Notes: generated by a model not told the origin, from the letters alone. A stretch of 64,000 bases of DNA from Methanomethylovorans hollandica DSM 15978 (GCF_000328665.1 NC_019977.1:372001-436000), one strand, 5' to 3'. Counted from the stretch's first letter, positions 10,597 through 22,169 are shown. Program-made: numbers and translations.

Positions 10597-11787
10597 TCAG
10601 TCAATGAAATATACCTTCACTGGAGGTATTCCATTGAACTCTACTGAGCAATAGGTGTAGGTGTATGCTCCTGTAGTGAGTATATATAATCTGTCTCCTT
10701 CCTGTATATCCTTAGGCAACTCGTATTTGAAATTCTCATATAGTATATCCATACTGTCGCACGTCGGTCCAGCAAGGATCACTTCTCTTCCACCATTGCC
10801 GTTATATCCTTTCTCAGGGTAGATCGGATACTTTATAGCCTCATCTAAAGTTTCTATAAGCCCTCCAAACTTTCCTATATCCAGGTAAACCCATTCATAC
10901 TGGCTTGAATCAGATTTCTTGGAGATGAGCACGATCTCCGTAACTACTACACCAGCTTCTCCTGATATGTATCTACCTGGTTCTATGAGGATCTCTGGCA
11001 GTTCGTCTCCGAAGTATTCGTGCAGATATGTTGTAATGATCTCGGCGTATTGCTGAGTGCTGCGAGTGGGCTTAAGATATTTTGCAGGAAATCCTCCTCC
11101 CAGATTTACCATTTTCAGCTCTATTCCTTCGTAACGTTTAACATCATCAAACAGATACTTGCACTGTGATATAGCGTGATCCCATTCTCCAATATCTCTT
11201 TGCTGTGACCCTACGTGGAAAGAAAGCCCATATGGGATCAAACCCAGATCTTTAGCTTCAACGATCAGAGAATATATCTGGCCTGTGTGCGCACCGAACT
11301 TTCTGGATAGAGGCCAATCTGCCCCGTTACTTTCAGTGAGTAATCTGAAAAAAACCTTTGATCCAGGCGCATTGGCAGCTAATTTTCTAAGGTCATTATG
11401 AGAATCTGTAACAAAAAGCCTGATTCCATATTCATAGGCTTTTTTTATGTCCTTTGCTTTTTTTATGGTATTGCCGTAACTCATCCTTTCAGGGCTGATC
11501 CCCATCTGGAGAAGCTGTTCCATCTCATATATGGTTGCTACGTCAAAATTAGACCCTTTTTCATGTAATAGCCTCACTACTTTTTCAGCAGGGTTTGCTT
11601 TCATTGCATAGTAGATCTTGGCAAAAGGAAGGTTCTTTTTCAATTCATCGTATTTCTCTTCGATCTTCTTCAGGCTGAGTAAAATAAAAGGAGTCTCTTT
11701 GTCCTTTGCAAACTCTTTTATTTTCTTGAACTCTTCTGAAGACAGGTATTCTGAAATGCTTATAGGGTGTTCCAAGGCTGCTATCAC
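10597..11787 (-). CDS. Fold-type III PLP-dependent ornithine/lysine decarboxylase
   Basis: YYAMKAN (PLP lysine), FHVGSQ, NLGGGF, EPGRY, GPTCDSMD, GAYT. Confidence 0.9.
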   Translation of the reverse strand: MIAALEHPISISEYLSSEEFKKIKEFAKDKETPFILLSLKKIEEKYDELKKNLPFAKIYYAMKANPAEKVVRLLHEKGSNFDVATIYEMEQLLQMGISPERMSYGNTIKKAKDIKKAYEYGIRLFVTDSHNDLRKLAANAPGSKVFFRLLTESNGADWPLSRKFGAHTGQIYSLIVEAKDLGLIPYGLSFHVGSQQRDIGEWDHAISQCKYLFDDVKRYEGIELKMVNLGGGFPAKYLKPTRSTQQYAEIITTYLHEYFGDELPEILIEPGRYISGEAGVVVTEIVLISKKSDSSQYEWVYLDIGKFGGLIETLDEAIKYPIYPEKGYNGNGGREVILAGPTCDSMDILYENFKYELPKDIQEGDRLYILTTGAYTYTYCSVEFNGIPPVKVYFID

Positions 11788-11825
11788 CTCTTTCTATTAT
11801 TTAATGGATCTTTACACAGTATTCA

Positions 11826-12374
11826 TTAGAATGTATGTAAAAGCGATCGATCATGGCCCGAAGGGCAATACTCATGATTAAAGTATCTGTATATGGTATT
11901 CTCTCTTAAATTTGTATTTGAACATGTATTGCTTTTTGTACCTGCCTGTACCACACCTGTAAGTATACAGGCATCCCCTTCAAGGGTATATGATAATATC
12001 TGCTGGTGCAGTATCATATATGCAAAAAATATACCCACGACAGGTTTAATAAGAGATATGATACAAAAATCTTGAGCTTTTAAGTGCCTGGAAATTCTGT
12101 AATAGATCAGTGAACCAGAAAAGGGGAGGATAAAATTCTTTTTGGTGGTTATCTTCAGCTCATCCAGTTTTTCTGTGCAGGCCAACATCAACAGCATCAA
12201 AAGCCCGAAAACGAGCTTGTAGCAGATCACAGACCCCATTGCCATTCCATAAACTGGTTTAAGGAATATACCTGACAGTGAAAACATGGTGAAGGTCACT
12301 GCAAGGCCGAAAAAGGTACTATAGTTTGTTGTTGCTAATGATGTCATAAAAGCACATCTCAAATAAGCTTTCAT
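11826..12374 (-). pseudogene. Eroded EamA/DMT transporter
   Basis: The C-terminal segment IISLIKPVVGIFFAYMILHQQI...ACILTGV matches the EamA end, but the ORF is much shorter than a two-domain EamA and looks internally deleted. Confidence 0.55.
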
Positions 12375-12695
12375 GATAAAAAACTAACTGTGATTATTAA
12401 TACTTAACAACTCAGTTAAATCTAAAATACAGAAGCTACTTTTGATTCCAAATTCTTTCTCATTAATACTTTGAAGCACATTGATCTTTTGTATTTGTTT
12501 AGATCTATAATACTATTCTTTTCTCGGCTGGTGATCTGCGTAAGTTGCTGTCCATTACCTGAGATTTTGCCTTTCCAATGGACAATACTGCTCTATAAAT
12601 CAAGTTCAGAATGCTTCAAATCAATTTAAAGTTTAAGCAATGGATATATAGCAAAATAACGTACTCTTTTTGGTAACAACAAAAGGAGTAAATAA

Positions 12696-13181
12696 ATGAA
12701 ACCAGTAATAAACACTCTATCCTTTATACTTATCCTTATTCTAATCGCCTGCACATCGTCAACATCTGGCTGCATAAGTCTCCAGGATCAAATGGGTGAG
12801 AACAATGGACAAACAGATGGTGGAACAATAGCTTTGGAAAAAATAATTAATATAACTTGGCAATGGGCCGGAATGATAGAAACTTCTTCTGGTAACCAGT
12901 CTGTTGTTCCAAATAAGGATAGCTATACTTTGAAATTCCAGCCGGATGGTACCTATTCCATAACAACTGACTGTAACAGCGGCAGTGGAACTTATGCAAC
13001 AGATGGTCATAATTTGACTATAGAGCCGGGAGTGATCACACTCGTATACTGTGGTGACGAATCATTGGAACCTCAATATCTGTTATCTCTGTGGAGGATA
13101 ACATCAATGACGCTTGAAGATGGCCAACTTTTGTTATCTGTGGAAAACAAAACTGAAAAGATGTTGTTCATCAATGCATAA
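12696..13181 (+). CDS. META-domain (HslJ-like) secreted protein or lipoprotein
   Basis: Hydrophobic N-terminus with SGC, TWQW, TDCNSGSGTY, TLVYC. Confidence 0.8.
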   Translation: MKPVINTLSFILILILIACTSSTSGCISLQDQMGENNGQTDGGTIALEKIINITWQWAGMIETSSGNQSVVPNKDSYTLKFQPDGTYSITTDCNSGSGTYATDGHNLTIEPGVITLVYCGDESLEPQYLLSLWRITSMTLEDGQLLLSVENKTEKMLFINA

Positions 13182-13254
13182 AGTGTTAAGCAATAATTCG
13201 GTTTTGTATTTTATATTTCGCAGGTACCTTGCAATAGAGGTCCACATATTTCTA

Positions 13255-13610
13255 TAGGTACCTGTGAAAAAAGGTTGAATACGAGCCTACTTCAAATGTA
13301 TAAATACTACCTTTTGGAATAATGTTATGGGGACTTGAATGGAATTCAGAGAACTCTCTGATGAACAATGGAAGTTTATTAAAACATGCCTGTCTCCACA
13401 ACCAATAAACAGGAGAAAGAGAGCTGATGATCGTAGGGTCATCAATGGCGTTCTCATTGAATACAGTGTGTATTGATAGAAGTTTCATCGAAAACAAAAA
13501 AGCGGAGAATATTTCTCGTACAATGGCCACAAGAAAAGAAAAGGCAAAAAGATCCATGCATGTGTAAGTTTTGAGGGCTTTCCTCTTACAATTCAGATAG
13601 CAGCACATTG
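13255..13610 (+). mobile_element. Internally deleted IS5-family transposase relic
   Basis: ATG at 13339 reads MEFRELSDEQWKFIK...RADDRRVINGVL (DUF4096-like), then jumps to IDRSFIENKK and YNGHKKRKGKKIHACVSFEGFPL; ends are approximate. Confidence 0.75.
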
Positions 13611-14341
13611 AAATTTATGTAGGCAAACCATAAAATATGACTGGATTTTCTTATCAAAAAATGAAATAAATTTGCATAAATGATTGAAATTGTTACATAC
13701 ATTCTTGAATAAAAATTCATTTAATGCTTTATAATGCTTTATTGTAGCTGATAAAACATTAAGAACAAGTATTTTCCCATATTATTCATTATAGACTCAT
13801 TAAATTTAATTTTAAACGCCTTATAATATCTATTGTATTATTAAGCTCATCTGAGTTCCCTGACCCAGCTTCAAAGATTCTTTTTTTCCATTATTTTTGG
13901 CATGGTAAATGTTAGATACTTCATTCATATGATTTTAATCAAGCAGAAAGAAATTACATCAAAGAATTAAGAGTATTTAGTCTTTTTTACAATTTAGAAT
14001 TCACTTTAATCCCTTATCATGGCATGATTTTAAAATATAAGGTGTTTTAGCATTTATTGAGGGTAAGTATGTTTATATACCTCAAACCTAATCCAAATTC
14101 ATTCCAAAAACGTTTGTTGATAATTGAATGATCAGTACAACAATATTCGATATATGTAAGTTGTAGTTTTCCAAATTGCAGCCTTATAGGATAATAAACG
14201 ATAGAATGGATTTCATTGCAGCATCTACCGTGATCATTGATTGATCATAGACATTTGTTCACTCTTGTATCCTTTCTCTCAAAAGTAAGCGGTTACTGAT
14301 CGTACAAAATAATCCCAATAAAAAAACAGAGGTGTAAACAT

Positions 14342-16693
14342 ATGGATAATATATCTTTTAAGGTTTTCGAAAGATTTAGCACCCATAGATGGGCCAAATC
14401 ACGTCATGTGTTCTTAATTGCTTTATGGTTGAGCAATTATGTATACTCAACAGCATCTACTTTCTCTGCAAAATACAATTTCTTCAAAAATAAAAACAAC
14501 ACCACCTTTAAAAAAATATCTATTTCCGTCCTTGGATTAGTATTTTGTTTCCTGTGTTTTTCAATAGCCGGATCAGACCTCTCTTCAGCAGCAAATGCAA
14601 ATGTTGCTGCGAGCGGGAGTGGCGACTACATTTGTGACGGAACAAATGATCATGTTGAAATAAATAAAGCACTTGCATACGTAAAAAGTACTGGTGGCGG
14701 TACTGTATATCTAAGGGGCCCAAATACATACTGGATTGATAGCACTCTTAACATCGGCTCAAACACAAAACTCACAGGTGACTCCACTGCTGAAATAAAA
14801 CTTGTTCCAAAGGCAGGTTGGTCCAGCGGTGTTCCAATGATCCGGGGTGAAACCGGAGCAAAGAATATCGTGATCACTGGCTTTACTATAGATGGGAACA
14901 GCGAAAATCAAGGCGTTTCTTTTGGAAGAGGATATTATAATCTGATGAATTTTGAAAATTCTAATAACATAGAAGTATCCAAAATGCGTCTTGAATGGGG
15001 TTGCAATGATGGTGTGCAGATAAAAAGAGGTAGTAACATCGTTTTTACTCATAATGATGTATACAAGATGGGACATGATGCCTTTTACATACTTTACTCT
15101 AATACAGGTGAAGTTGCATACAACACTGTCTTCACACGGACAAACAGCGCGTGCAGGTTATCCGGCGGTATATCTGATTTTACTGTCCATGACAATACAT
15201 TCTATTCTGACGGGGGCGGCACATCAACAGGACCGGCAATAGAGATAGACAAAACCGGTAGCTCAGGAACTTTATCCTTTAATAATATAGATATATATAA
15301 TAATAAGATACACAGCATAAGGGGTTCAGGTATCTGGATGTTTGCAGCATATACTGACAATGTCATACGGGCAAAGAACGTCCATATACATCACAATACA
15401 TTTACAAAAGTAGGCCAACACGCTTTAAATACCGGATATACCAATGCAGCGATCACAATGCAGAACTTTGATAATACTATCATCGAGAATAATGTCTTCG
15501 ATGATGGCGGTAATGCTGCAATAAAATGGTATGCATGGTCTTCAGTTCCACAGCAAAAGGCACAGTTCACCACCTATGTGAGGAACAATGTCATAAAGAA
15601 CAATGATGGAATGAGTGGAGTCACAGGCTCAGGAGTGGGTATATGGAACACACAGCCATCCTATGCAAAGTTCACAGTTCAGAGCAATAATTTTTACAAT
15701 AATAAAAACGGGGACACATATGGTGGAGGTTTCACAATGAGCAGCAACGTGAATACAGCTCCATCCACTAGTGGTTCAACAGTTGTCAACAAGGTAGATG
15801 CTGCTCCGGTTGCAAATGGCGGAGCAGATAAAACTGCAACTGTTGGATCACCTGTCACTTTTGATGCCAGTGCATCTACTGATGACCTTGGCATAGCTTC
15901 TTACTCCTGGGACTTCGATGCATCAAATGGCATAACCTCTGAAGCTACCGGTAGGACAGCTACAAAGACATATGCCACGGCAGGAACGTATACTGTGACA
16001 CTTACTGTTACAGATACAACTGGACAGAAAGCCACAGATAAAGTAACTGTAGTAGCCAAGGCAGCAACAACTACCACCGCTCCATCTACAACTACACCTA
16101 CTACACCAACATCTCCAGCAGGATCGGTCTCATATTCTCCGACCTATGACAATGGTCTGCGGACTTCATCCCCTACTAGTGTTTTCTCCACTACGAACTA
16201 TATTGATATTGGAGCGAGTTCAGCTAGTTGCAGGGATCTAATGATGTTCGATCTGAGTAACTACAAAACAACAGATGTAATCTCAAAGGCTACCCTCTCA
16301 CTGTACTGGTATTATCCTGCCACCACGCGTACTTCAGATACAGTGGTACAGATCTACAGACCAGCAGCTGACTGGGATCCAAGGTATGTAAGCTGGACAA
16401 ACCGCGCATCCGGCACTAAATGGACCACAGCAGGAGGAAACTGGTATGACAAGAATGGAGCAGCCCAGGGCAGTACACCTTATGCATCCGTTACATTCGC
16501 AGCCAGCACAGTGCCCGGTAACAGGTACTATGATTTCGATGTAACTCAGCTGGTGCAGGAATATGTGAGTGGCAAGTTCAAGAACACCGGATTCTTCCTG
16601 AAGGCCAGGACAGAGAGCGGCAATTACATTGCTTTCTACAGCTCAGAATGGTCTAATGCTGCACAGAGACCTAAGTTAACTATAACACGCTGA
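14342..16693 (+). CDS. Cell-surface protein: right-handed beta-helix + PKD + DNRLRE (disaggregatase-related) domain
   Basis: DYICDGTNDHVEINKAL beta-helix start, PKD motif FDASASTDD...YSWDFD...YTVTLTVTD, Thr/Pro linker, YDNGLRTSSP (DNRLRE-like). Confidence 0.85.
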   Translation: MDNISFKVFERFSTHRWAKSRHVFLIALWLSNYVYSTASTFSAKYNFFKNKNNTTFKKISISVLGLVFCFLCFSIAGSDLSSAANANVAASGSGDYICDGTNDHVEINKALAYVKSTGGGTVYLRGPNTYWIDSTLNIGSNTKLTGDSTAEIKLVPKAGWSSGVPMIRGETGAKNIVITGFTIDGNSENQGVSFGRGYYNLMNFENSNNIEVSKMRLEWGCNDGVQIKRGSNIVFTHNDVYKMGHDAFYILYSNTGEVAYNTVFTRTNSACRLSGGISDFTVHDNTFYSDGGGTSTGPAIEIDKTGSSGTLSFNNIDIYNNKIHSIRGSGIWMFAAYTDNVIRAKNVHIHHNTFTKVGQHALNTGYTNAAITMQNFDNTIIENNVFDDGGNAAIKWYAWSSVPQQKAQFTTYVRNNVIKNNDGMSGVTGSGVGIWNTQPSYAKFTVQSNNFYNNKNGDTYGGGFTMSSNVNTAPSTSGSTVVNKVDAAPVANGGADKTATVGSPVTFDASASTDDLGIASYSWDFDASNGITSEATGRTATKTYATAGTYTVTLTVTDTTGQKATDKVTVVAKAATTTTAPSTTTPTTPTSPAGSVSYSPTYDNGLRTSSPTSVFSTTNYIDIGASSASCRDLMMFDLSNYKTTDVISKATLSLYWYYPATTRTSDTVVQIYRPAADWDPRYVSWTNRASGTKWTTAGGNWYDKNGAAQGSTPYASVTFAASTVPGNRYYDFDVTQLVQEYVSGKFKNTGFFLKARTESGNYIAFYSSEWSNAAQRPKLTITR

Positions 16694-16706
16694 TATCAGG
16701 AGATTT

Positions 16707-16742
16707 AGTGAGCGAAAGATAATTTCGACTCACTTACTTTTT
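16707..16742 (+). terminator. Hairpin plus T-tract after the surface-protein gene
   Basis: agtgagcgaaa...tttcgactcact stem followed by tacttttt. Confidence 0.55.
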
Positions 16743-17828
16743 CAATATATTTTCTAAATGGGTTTGTAGATGTTTGTACAAAAGAATCATTTTAGGCAAA
16801 TATGGGCAGGAATATATTTTAACTTATTATGTATCTATTAATAAGAACTAATAAGCACACATGGGAACTGAGTTCTTAAATGTCTTTTAAGGAGATTTGA
16901 CTTGAACTCTGAATTGAAGACCATATCTCTTTCTGAAATTATGATTATTTTAATCTTCATGGCAGCTTTGCATATTATGAGCGGCTATAGCTTCTTGTTA
17001 TTCCACAGTATAGCAGAGATTTTCAGCATAGTCATAGCAACAAGTCTCTTTTTTGTTACTTGGTTCTCCAAGAAGACAATTAAAAACAATTATTTTCTTC
17101 TTTTGGGAATAGCTTATTTGTTTATCGCAGGGATTGATCTCCTTCATACACTATTATACAAAGGTATGGGGGTCTTTCCCACTCAGAGTCACAATCTATC
17201 TACACAATTGTGGATCGTTGCAAGATATATGGAAGCTGCCACCTTACTCATAGCTCCTTTCATAATTAGGAGAAAGTTGAAGGCATCTTCAATGCTAATT
17301 GTATACGGTATCATAACAACAATTCTATTAATACTAGTCTTTAAGGGCATTTTTCCTGTTTGCTACGTAGACGGTGTTGGGCTTACAGCTTTTAAGAAAA
17401 TCAGTGAATACGTTATCTCAGTAATGCTGCTAGCTTCACTGAGCATGCTATGGAAACACAGCAATCAATTCGAACCCCTTATACTTAATATGCTGAGTGT
17501 TTCCATAGTACTTACTATATTTGCAGAACTTACCTTTACCTTATATGTAGGTATTTATGGCTTTTCTAACCTGATAGGGCACTTATTCAAACTTTTATCA
17601 TTCTATTTCATATTTAAGGCAATAATTGTAACTGCTTTGGTAAGGCCCAATGACTTGTTTTCCAAAGATCTCGTTCTAAAGGAAAGTATGCTGAAAGAAG
17701 AGAAAGAAAGGTATCAGGAACTTTTTAAGAACATGAGTAATGGTGTTGTTGTAATCGAAACCAGAGACAATGGTCAAAGTTTTATTTTCAAGGATATAAA
17801 TTTAGCTGCAGAACAGATATGCCATAAA

Positions 17829-19102
17829 GAGGCCATCAAATTAGCTCCTTATATTTCTATTCTAATTTGATGTACTTTTTTAGAATAGCCTCCCAAACGA
17901 ATTCCTGAGTTTAACTTTATTTTGCAATTCAGTAAGCACTAATAGTTGATAGGAAACGAAATTCAGCAGAGAGTAGAGAGCTCTGCTCTCTACTCTTATT
18001 CTTCTGACATCGAAGTTCATCGTATCTTTCATGTGGCCATGTACTTTTTCGCATTCTACTCTTTTCTTGTATAACTCCCAAAATAATTCATCGAGGATGT
18101 TTTGATTTCTTAGGTACATCCCAACTTGTTCTTGTCTTCCATTTTCATACAGAAACTTCAGCTTATTTTCTATTTTGGTATGAACTTCTCCACCAAGTTT
18201 CCACATTTTGTTCACCCAATGATCAATCCTCTCTACTTCACCTTCTTTGTGCAATACTGCATCACACGAGTAGGAAATAATTGGTTTTGCATTCAGATGA
18301 TACCATATATCTGCATTGTTTTGGAATGAGTCATAAGCTCCATCCGCAGCATAAAATTCAATATTAGCTTCCATTTTCTTTAATGCGTGTATGTGTTTGA
18401 TAAGTTCCGTAGAATCAGAACTAAGGCCATTAGTATATGTCATAAATACCGGATAAGTTCCAATCATTGTAATGTGAGCTTTGTCCATTTTACATTTATA
18501 ATGCGGATTATAATCCGCATATTTGTCATATCGTGAAGCTTCAAGAGGTGTTGAATCTATCTTGGCGTCTTTTAACTTTGAGCTTTTAAGAATCTTTTCG
18601 CCTACCATTATTATTAGTTCATTGATCCCATCTTCTCCAAGTCTATATTTTACAAAATGATGGAGGGTTCCAGCTGAAGGAAGTCTTATTTGCCCATTTT
18701 TATCACAGAACGATAGCATAATAGCTTCTTCTTCTGTTAAACTGGATACTGTTTTTCATAAGAGAGATTCCTGAAGCACTTTACAATAAAGAGCTTTATC
18801 ATTGAGGAAACGTTATATTTAAAATGCCAACGTTTGTTGGTATACACAGTACGTTCAACGTATTGTGAAATGTCTTCTATACAGAGAAAATGAAGAAATT
18901 GGCAAATAGAGGCAGTTTCTCTGTAAAGATAGTTTTCTATGGAGTCCTCGAAGAGGACTCCTCTATACTCGATAGATTTTTTATCCATAAAGAAGCAAAA
19001 TTTTTTATATTTATAGCTACCACTGACCAAAAAAAAAGAGAATAGCAGTATCAACGAAAAAAGGAATAGGTTTTTAAATCAAAATCCTAATTTGAGATTC
19101 TC
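17829..19102 (-). mobile_element. Insertion sequence, 1274 bp, DDE transposase (IS4/IS5 superfamily-like)
   Basis: Imperfect 16-bp TIRs gaggccatcaaattag / ctaatttgagattctc (12/16 match); 5-bp TSD ATAAA at 17824-17828 and 19103-19107. Confidence 0.9.
17880..18988 (-). pseudogene. DDE transposase split by a -1 frameshift at an A5 run
   Basis: MDKKSIEY...SYEK continues as TVSSLTEEEAIMLSF in the -1 frame at 18752-18756; IDSTPL, ADGAYD and YKKRVECE motifs; about 369 aa when joined. Confidence 0.85.
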
Positions 19103-20226
19103 ATAAAGATAAAAATAAAATTATTGATAAGCATTTAGCTGAGATATATGCCACTCTACCTGAGTGTAACCTTATGGACATTATTCATCAGGTCTGGACA
19201 ACTGGTAAATCAAAACTAATTCCTGAATTCCAATATCATGACAAACACATTGAAGCGTGGTGGGAATTATATGTTTATAAACTCACCAACGGTGAGGTTG
19301 TGATGGTCATCAAGGACATAACAAAGAACAAAAAATTAGAGGAATCTCAGGAAGAACTCCATGAAATGCTTAAGGTTATTAATAAAATCATGAGGCATGA
19401 TATCTCCAATGATTTGAGTATTATTTCAATGTCTTTAGAGGTTTTTGAAGAAAATAGTGATAAGAAGTATCTGGAACTTTCCCAGAAGTCAGTTAAGCGT
19501 TGTCTCAAGAAGATAAATGAAATGCGGAACCTTGAACAGACGATTTCGAATCAATATGAGCTTAAGCCATACAACCTTCATGATGTAGTAACTGAGGTTT
19601 CTAGAAATCACCTTGTGAAAATAAGTATGAATGGTAGCTGCGTTGTCATGGCTGACGAGGGACTTTTTTCTGTAGTTGACAATATTATTACTAATGCTGT
19701 CAATCATGGTGCTGCTACTCATATAGAGACCACTGTGAAATTAAATGATACCAATGTATGCAGCATGCGGATAGCTGACAATGGTAGTGGTATTCCTCCA
19801 AGTATCAAGGAGCATATTTTCAAAGAGGGTTTCAAATATGGAGAAAAAGGTAACACTGGTTTGGGACTCTACATAGCAAAGACGATAATGAGCCGGTATG
19901 GTTCAATTAGCGCAGAGGACAATTCCCCTTCAGGTGCTGTTTTCATACTTACTTTCAGCAAACACCATTAATCTCTTCCATCAATGTGAAAAATTATGAA
20001 ATTCTTTTATTCTACAGTGAATAGCTTGATGGCTTACCGCAACGCATCTTGGATTTGATGTTGTGGCAATAAGGGTATCAGTAAGACTATGAACTACTAT
20101 TTTGCAGAATATCAAAAAGGTGCTTCATGTAGCCGGACTTTAATATTTTAGGGAAGTGTATGAGGAAGCATTACCTAGATACAAATGTGGCCATGCTTTG
20201 TTGTGTTAACATCTAAAAATAAAAAG

Positions 20227-20245
20227 AAGCCTTAAAATAAGGCTT
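20227..20245 (-). terminator. Hairpin terminator of the antiporter gene
   Basis: aagcctta-aaa-taaggctt, followed by a T-tract on the minus strand. Confidence 0.55.
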
Positions 20246-20262
20246 TGCTTTTTGGACCAGTA

Positions 20263-21756
20263 TTAATCAACCCTTGGGAAATATCGTTCAATGGCCCAGA
20301 GCATAGGGCGGGTCATAAATGTGGTTACAAGAGCCATCAGAACCATCATGGTAAAGACGGTAGGAGTTAGAATTCCCAGTTCATATCCGATGCTCAGGAC
20401 AACCAGTTCCACCAATCCCCGTGTGTTCATCAGCGCTCCCAAAGCCAGAGAGTTAGCCCAGGATTGGCCGGTATAGCGGGCTGCTGCAGCGCTTCCCCCA
20501 AATTTTCCTGCAACTGCCACCAATATTATCAAAAAGCAAATAAACCACAAATAACTCTCGTTCAACAGTCCGATCTCTGTTTTGAGACCATTTATAGCAA
20601 AGAACAGAGGTAACAAGATCACTAAGCTGACATCTTCTATACGGGAAATCAATGATTTTCTGAAATCAAATTGTATAGGCATCATCATTCCTGCAAGAAA
20701 AGCTCCGAAAAGGGCATGAATGCCAATGGTCTCGGTGGCAAAGGCTGATAGAAAAAGCACGACAAACATCGTGGCAATGAACCCTTTGCTCATGTTTTCT
20801 TGGATGGCGAATCTTTCCCCGAGGAATCTGAGCACGGGACGCACAAGGTAGAACATAAACAAAATGTACAATATTGACATAATAACAGTAACAAGGAAGG
20901 TCATTATTGATTCAGCCCTGATTATGCTAACAACAGCACCCAGCATACACCAGGCTGTGACATCATCAACTGCAGCACAGGTAAGTGCCAGCGTACCAAG
21001 GGTAGATTGTGTCAGCTTATGCTCCTGTATTATCCTTGCCAATACCGGAAATGCAGTCAGGCTCATGGCAATACCCATGAAGAGGCTGAATGAGAGAAAA
21101 GTAACTCCTTTAGGTGCAAACTCTGTATATAAAAAATATGCTAGAGTAACTCCTAAAAAGAAAGGTACTACAATGCTGGCGTGACTGACGATCAAAGCGG
21201 TATGTGCTTTGTTTTTCAGCAAACTTGGGTCCAGCTCCAGACCAACAATAAATACATACAGTACAAGTCCCAGATTGCTCAAAGTTTCCATCCAGCCCAA
21301 TGAAGCCGGTGCAAACAGGAAATTGCTCAATTGTGGCCACCATATACCAACCACGGATGGTCCAAGCACAATTCCGGCTGTCATTTCACCGATGACGCTG
21401 GGCTGACCTATAAAAGAAAAAATGAATCCAAAAAGTCTGGCCATTAGGATTATGACAGCGATCTGCAAAAACATAAGTCCAAGTGGATGGTCTAAATTCT
21501 GTGTTAAGTATTGGGTTATAAGCGTTCCCAGATCACTATATCCTTCAAAATGGTTTTGACTGTTTATTTTGATGTCAGGAAAATCAGTCAGTGGTGACTC
21601 TAACCTTTGACCCATACTAATAATCGACCAAACCAGCAGGATAAATATACCGATAAACAGCAAATAAAAAAAAGCATGTTTCTGTAGCTGGCTTCTCATC
21701 AGGTGTATTAATTCTTCTTTTGTAAATATCTCTTTCGTTCCACCTGATTGTAGCAT
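20263..21756 (-). CDS. Cation:proton antiporter, CPA2 family
   Basis: GQPSVIGEMTAGIVLGPS, TAFPVLARII, AAVDDVTAW, LMNTRGLVEL. Confidence 0.92.
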   Translation of the reverse strand: MLQSGGTKEIFTKEELIHLMRSQLQKHAFFYLLFIGIFILLVWSIISMGQRLESPLTDFPDIKINSQNHFEGYSDLGTLITQYLTQNLDHPLGLMFLQIAVIILMARLFGFIFSFIGQPSVIGEMTAGIVLGPSVVGIWWPQLSNFLFAPASLGWMETLSNLGLVLYVFIVGLELDPSLLKNKAHTALIVSHASIVVPFFLGVTLAYFLYTEFAPKGVTFLSFSLFMGIAMSLTAFPVLARIIQEHKLTQSTLGTLALTCAAVDDVTAWCMLGAVVSIIRAESIMTFLVTVIMSILYILFMFYLVRPVLRFLGERFAIQENMSKGFIATMFVVLFLSAFATETIGIHALFGAFLAGMMMPIQFDFRKSLISRIEDVSLVILLPLFFAINGLKTEIGLLNESYLWFICFLIILVAVAGKFGGSAAAARYTGQSWANSLALGALMNTRGLVELVVLSIGYELGILTPTVFTMMVLMALVTTFMTRPMLWAIERYFPRVD

Positions 21757-22169
21757 TCTACTTTTATTATATTCTTATATTGTTTTATTAGTCTTATGTG
21801 GAATCTAAAATTTATAATTCTTTCGTGATGAAAAACAATATCTAGGGAGGTATTGTGCAAAGATAATGTCATGGTAAACATTAAATGCAGGAGCCATTAC
21901 TTACTGCATTGGTAGTGAATAAAGAAAGTGGTATCCCTAGAAGTGGATTATTTATAGTTAAACACTATGGTTTGTAACTTATGAATGGTAAAATCAAATT
22001 GAATAGGTAGTTACGTCAATACTATAAGTTTCAAACAAAAAGTTAACAACTATAAATGGATAAAGAAGGAAGATTACATCAGTGAACTTGATTCAGTTTT
22101 CAATTATAAATGGAGAAAGTTGAAAATATAATATAATCCAAATCAATATTGAACATTAGCAGGAAAATC

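Larger units (their letters stand above)
16902..19971 (+). pseudogene. MASE3-PAS sensor histidine kinase disrupted by an IS
   Basis: 5' part has MASE3 motifs (FHSIAEIFSI, IDLLHTLLYKG) and the PAS start. Removing 17829..19107 fuses ...ICHK to DKNKII... in frame with the HisKA (MRHDISND)/HATPase part, giving about 596 aa. Confidence 0.9.

Noticed and set aside
20159..20215. MRKHYLDTNV, resembling a PIN/VapC N-terminus
   Set aside because: Only 18 codons and no other PIN motifs; too weak to call
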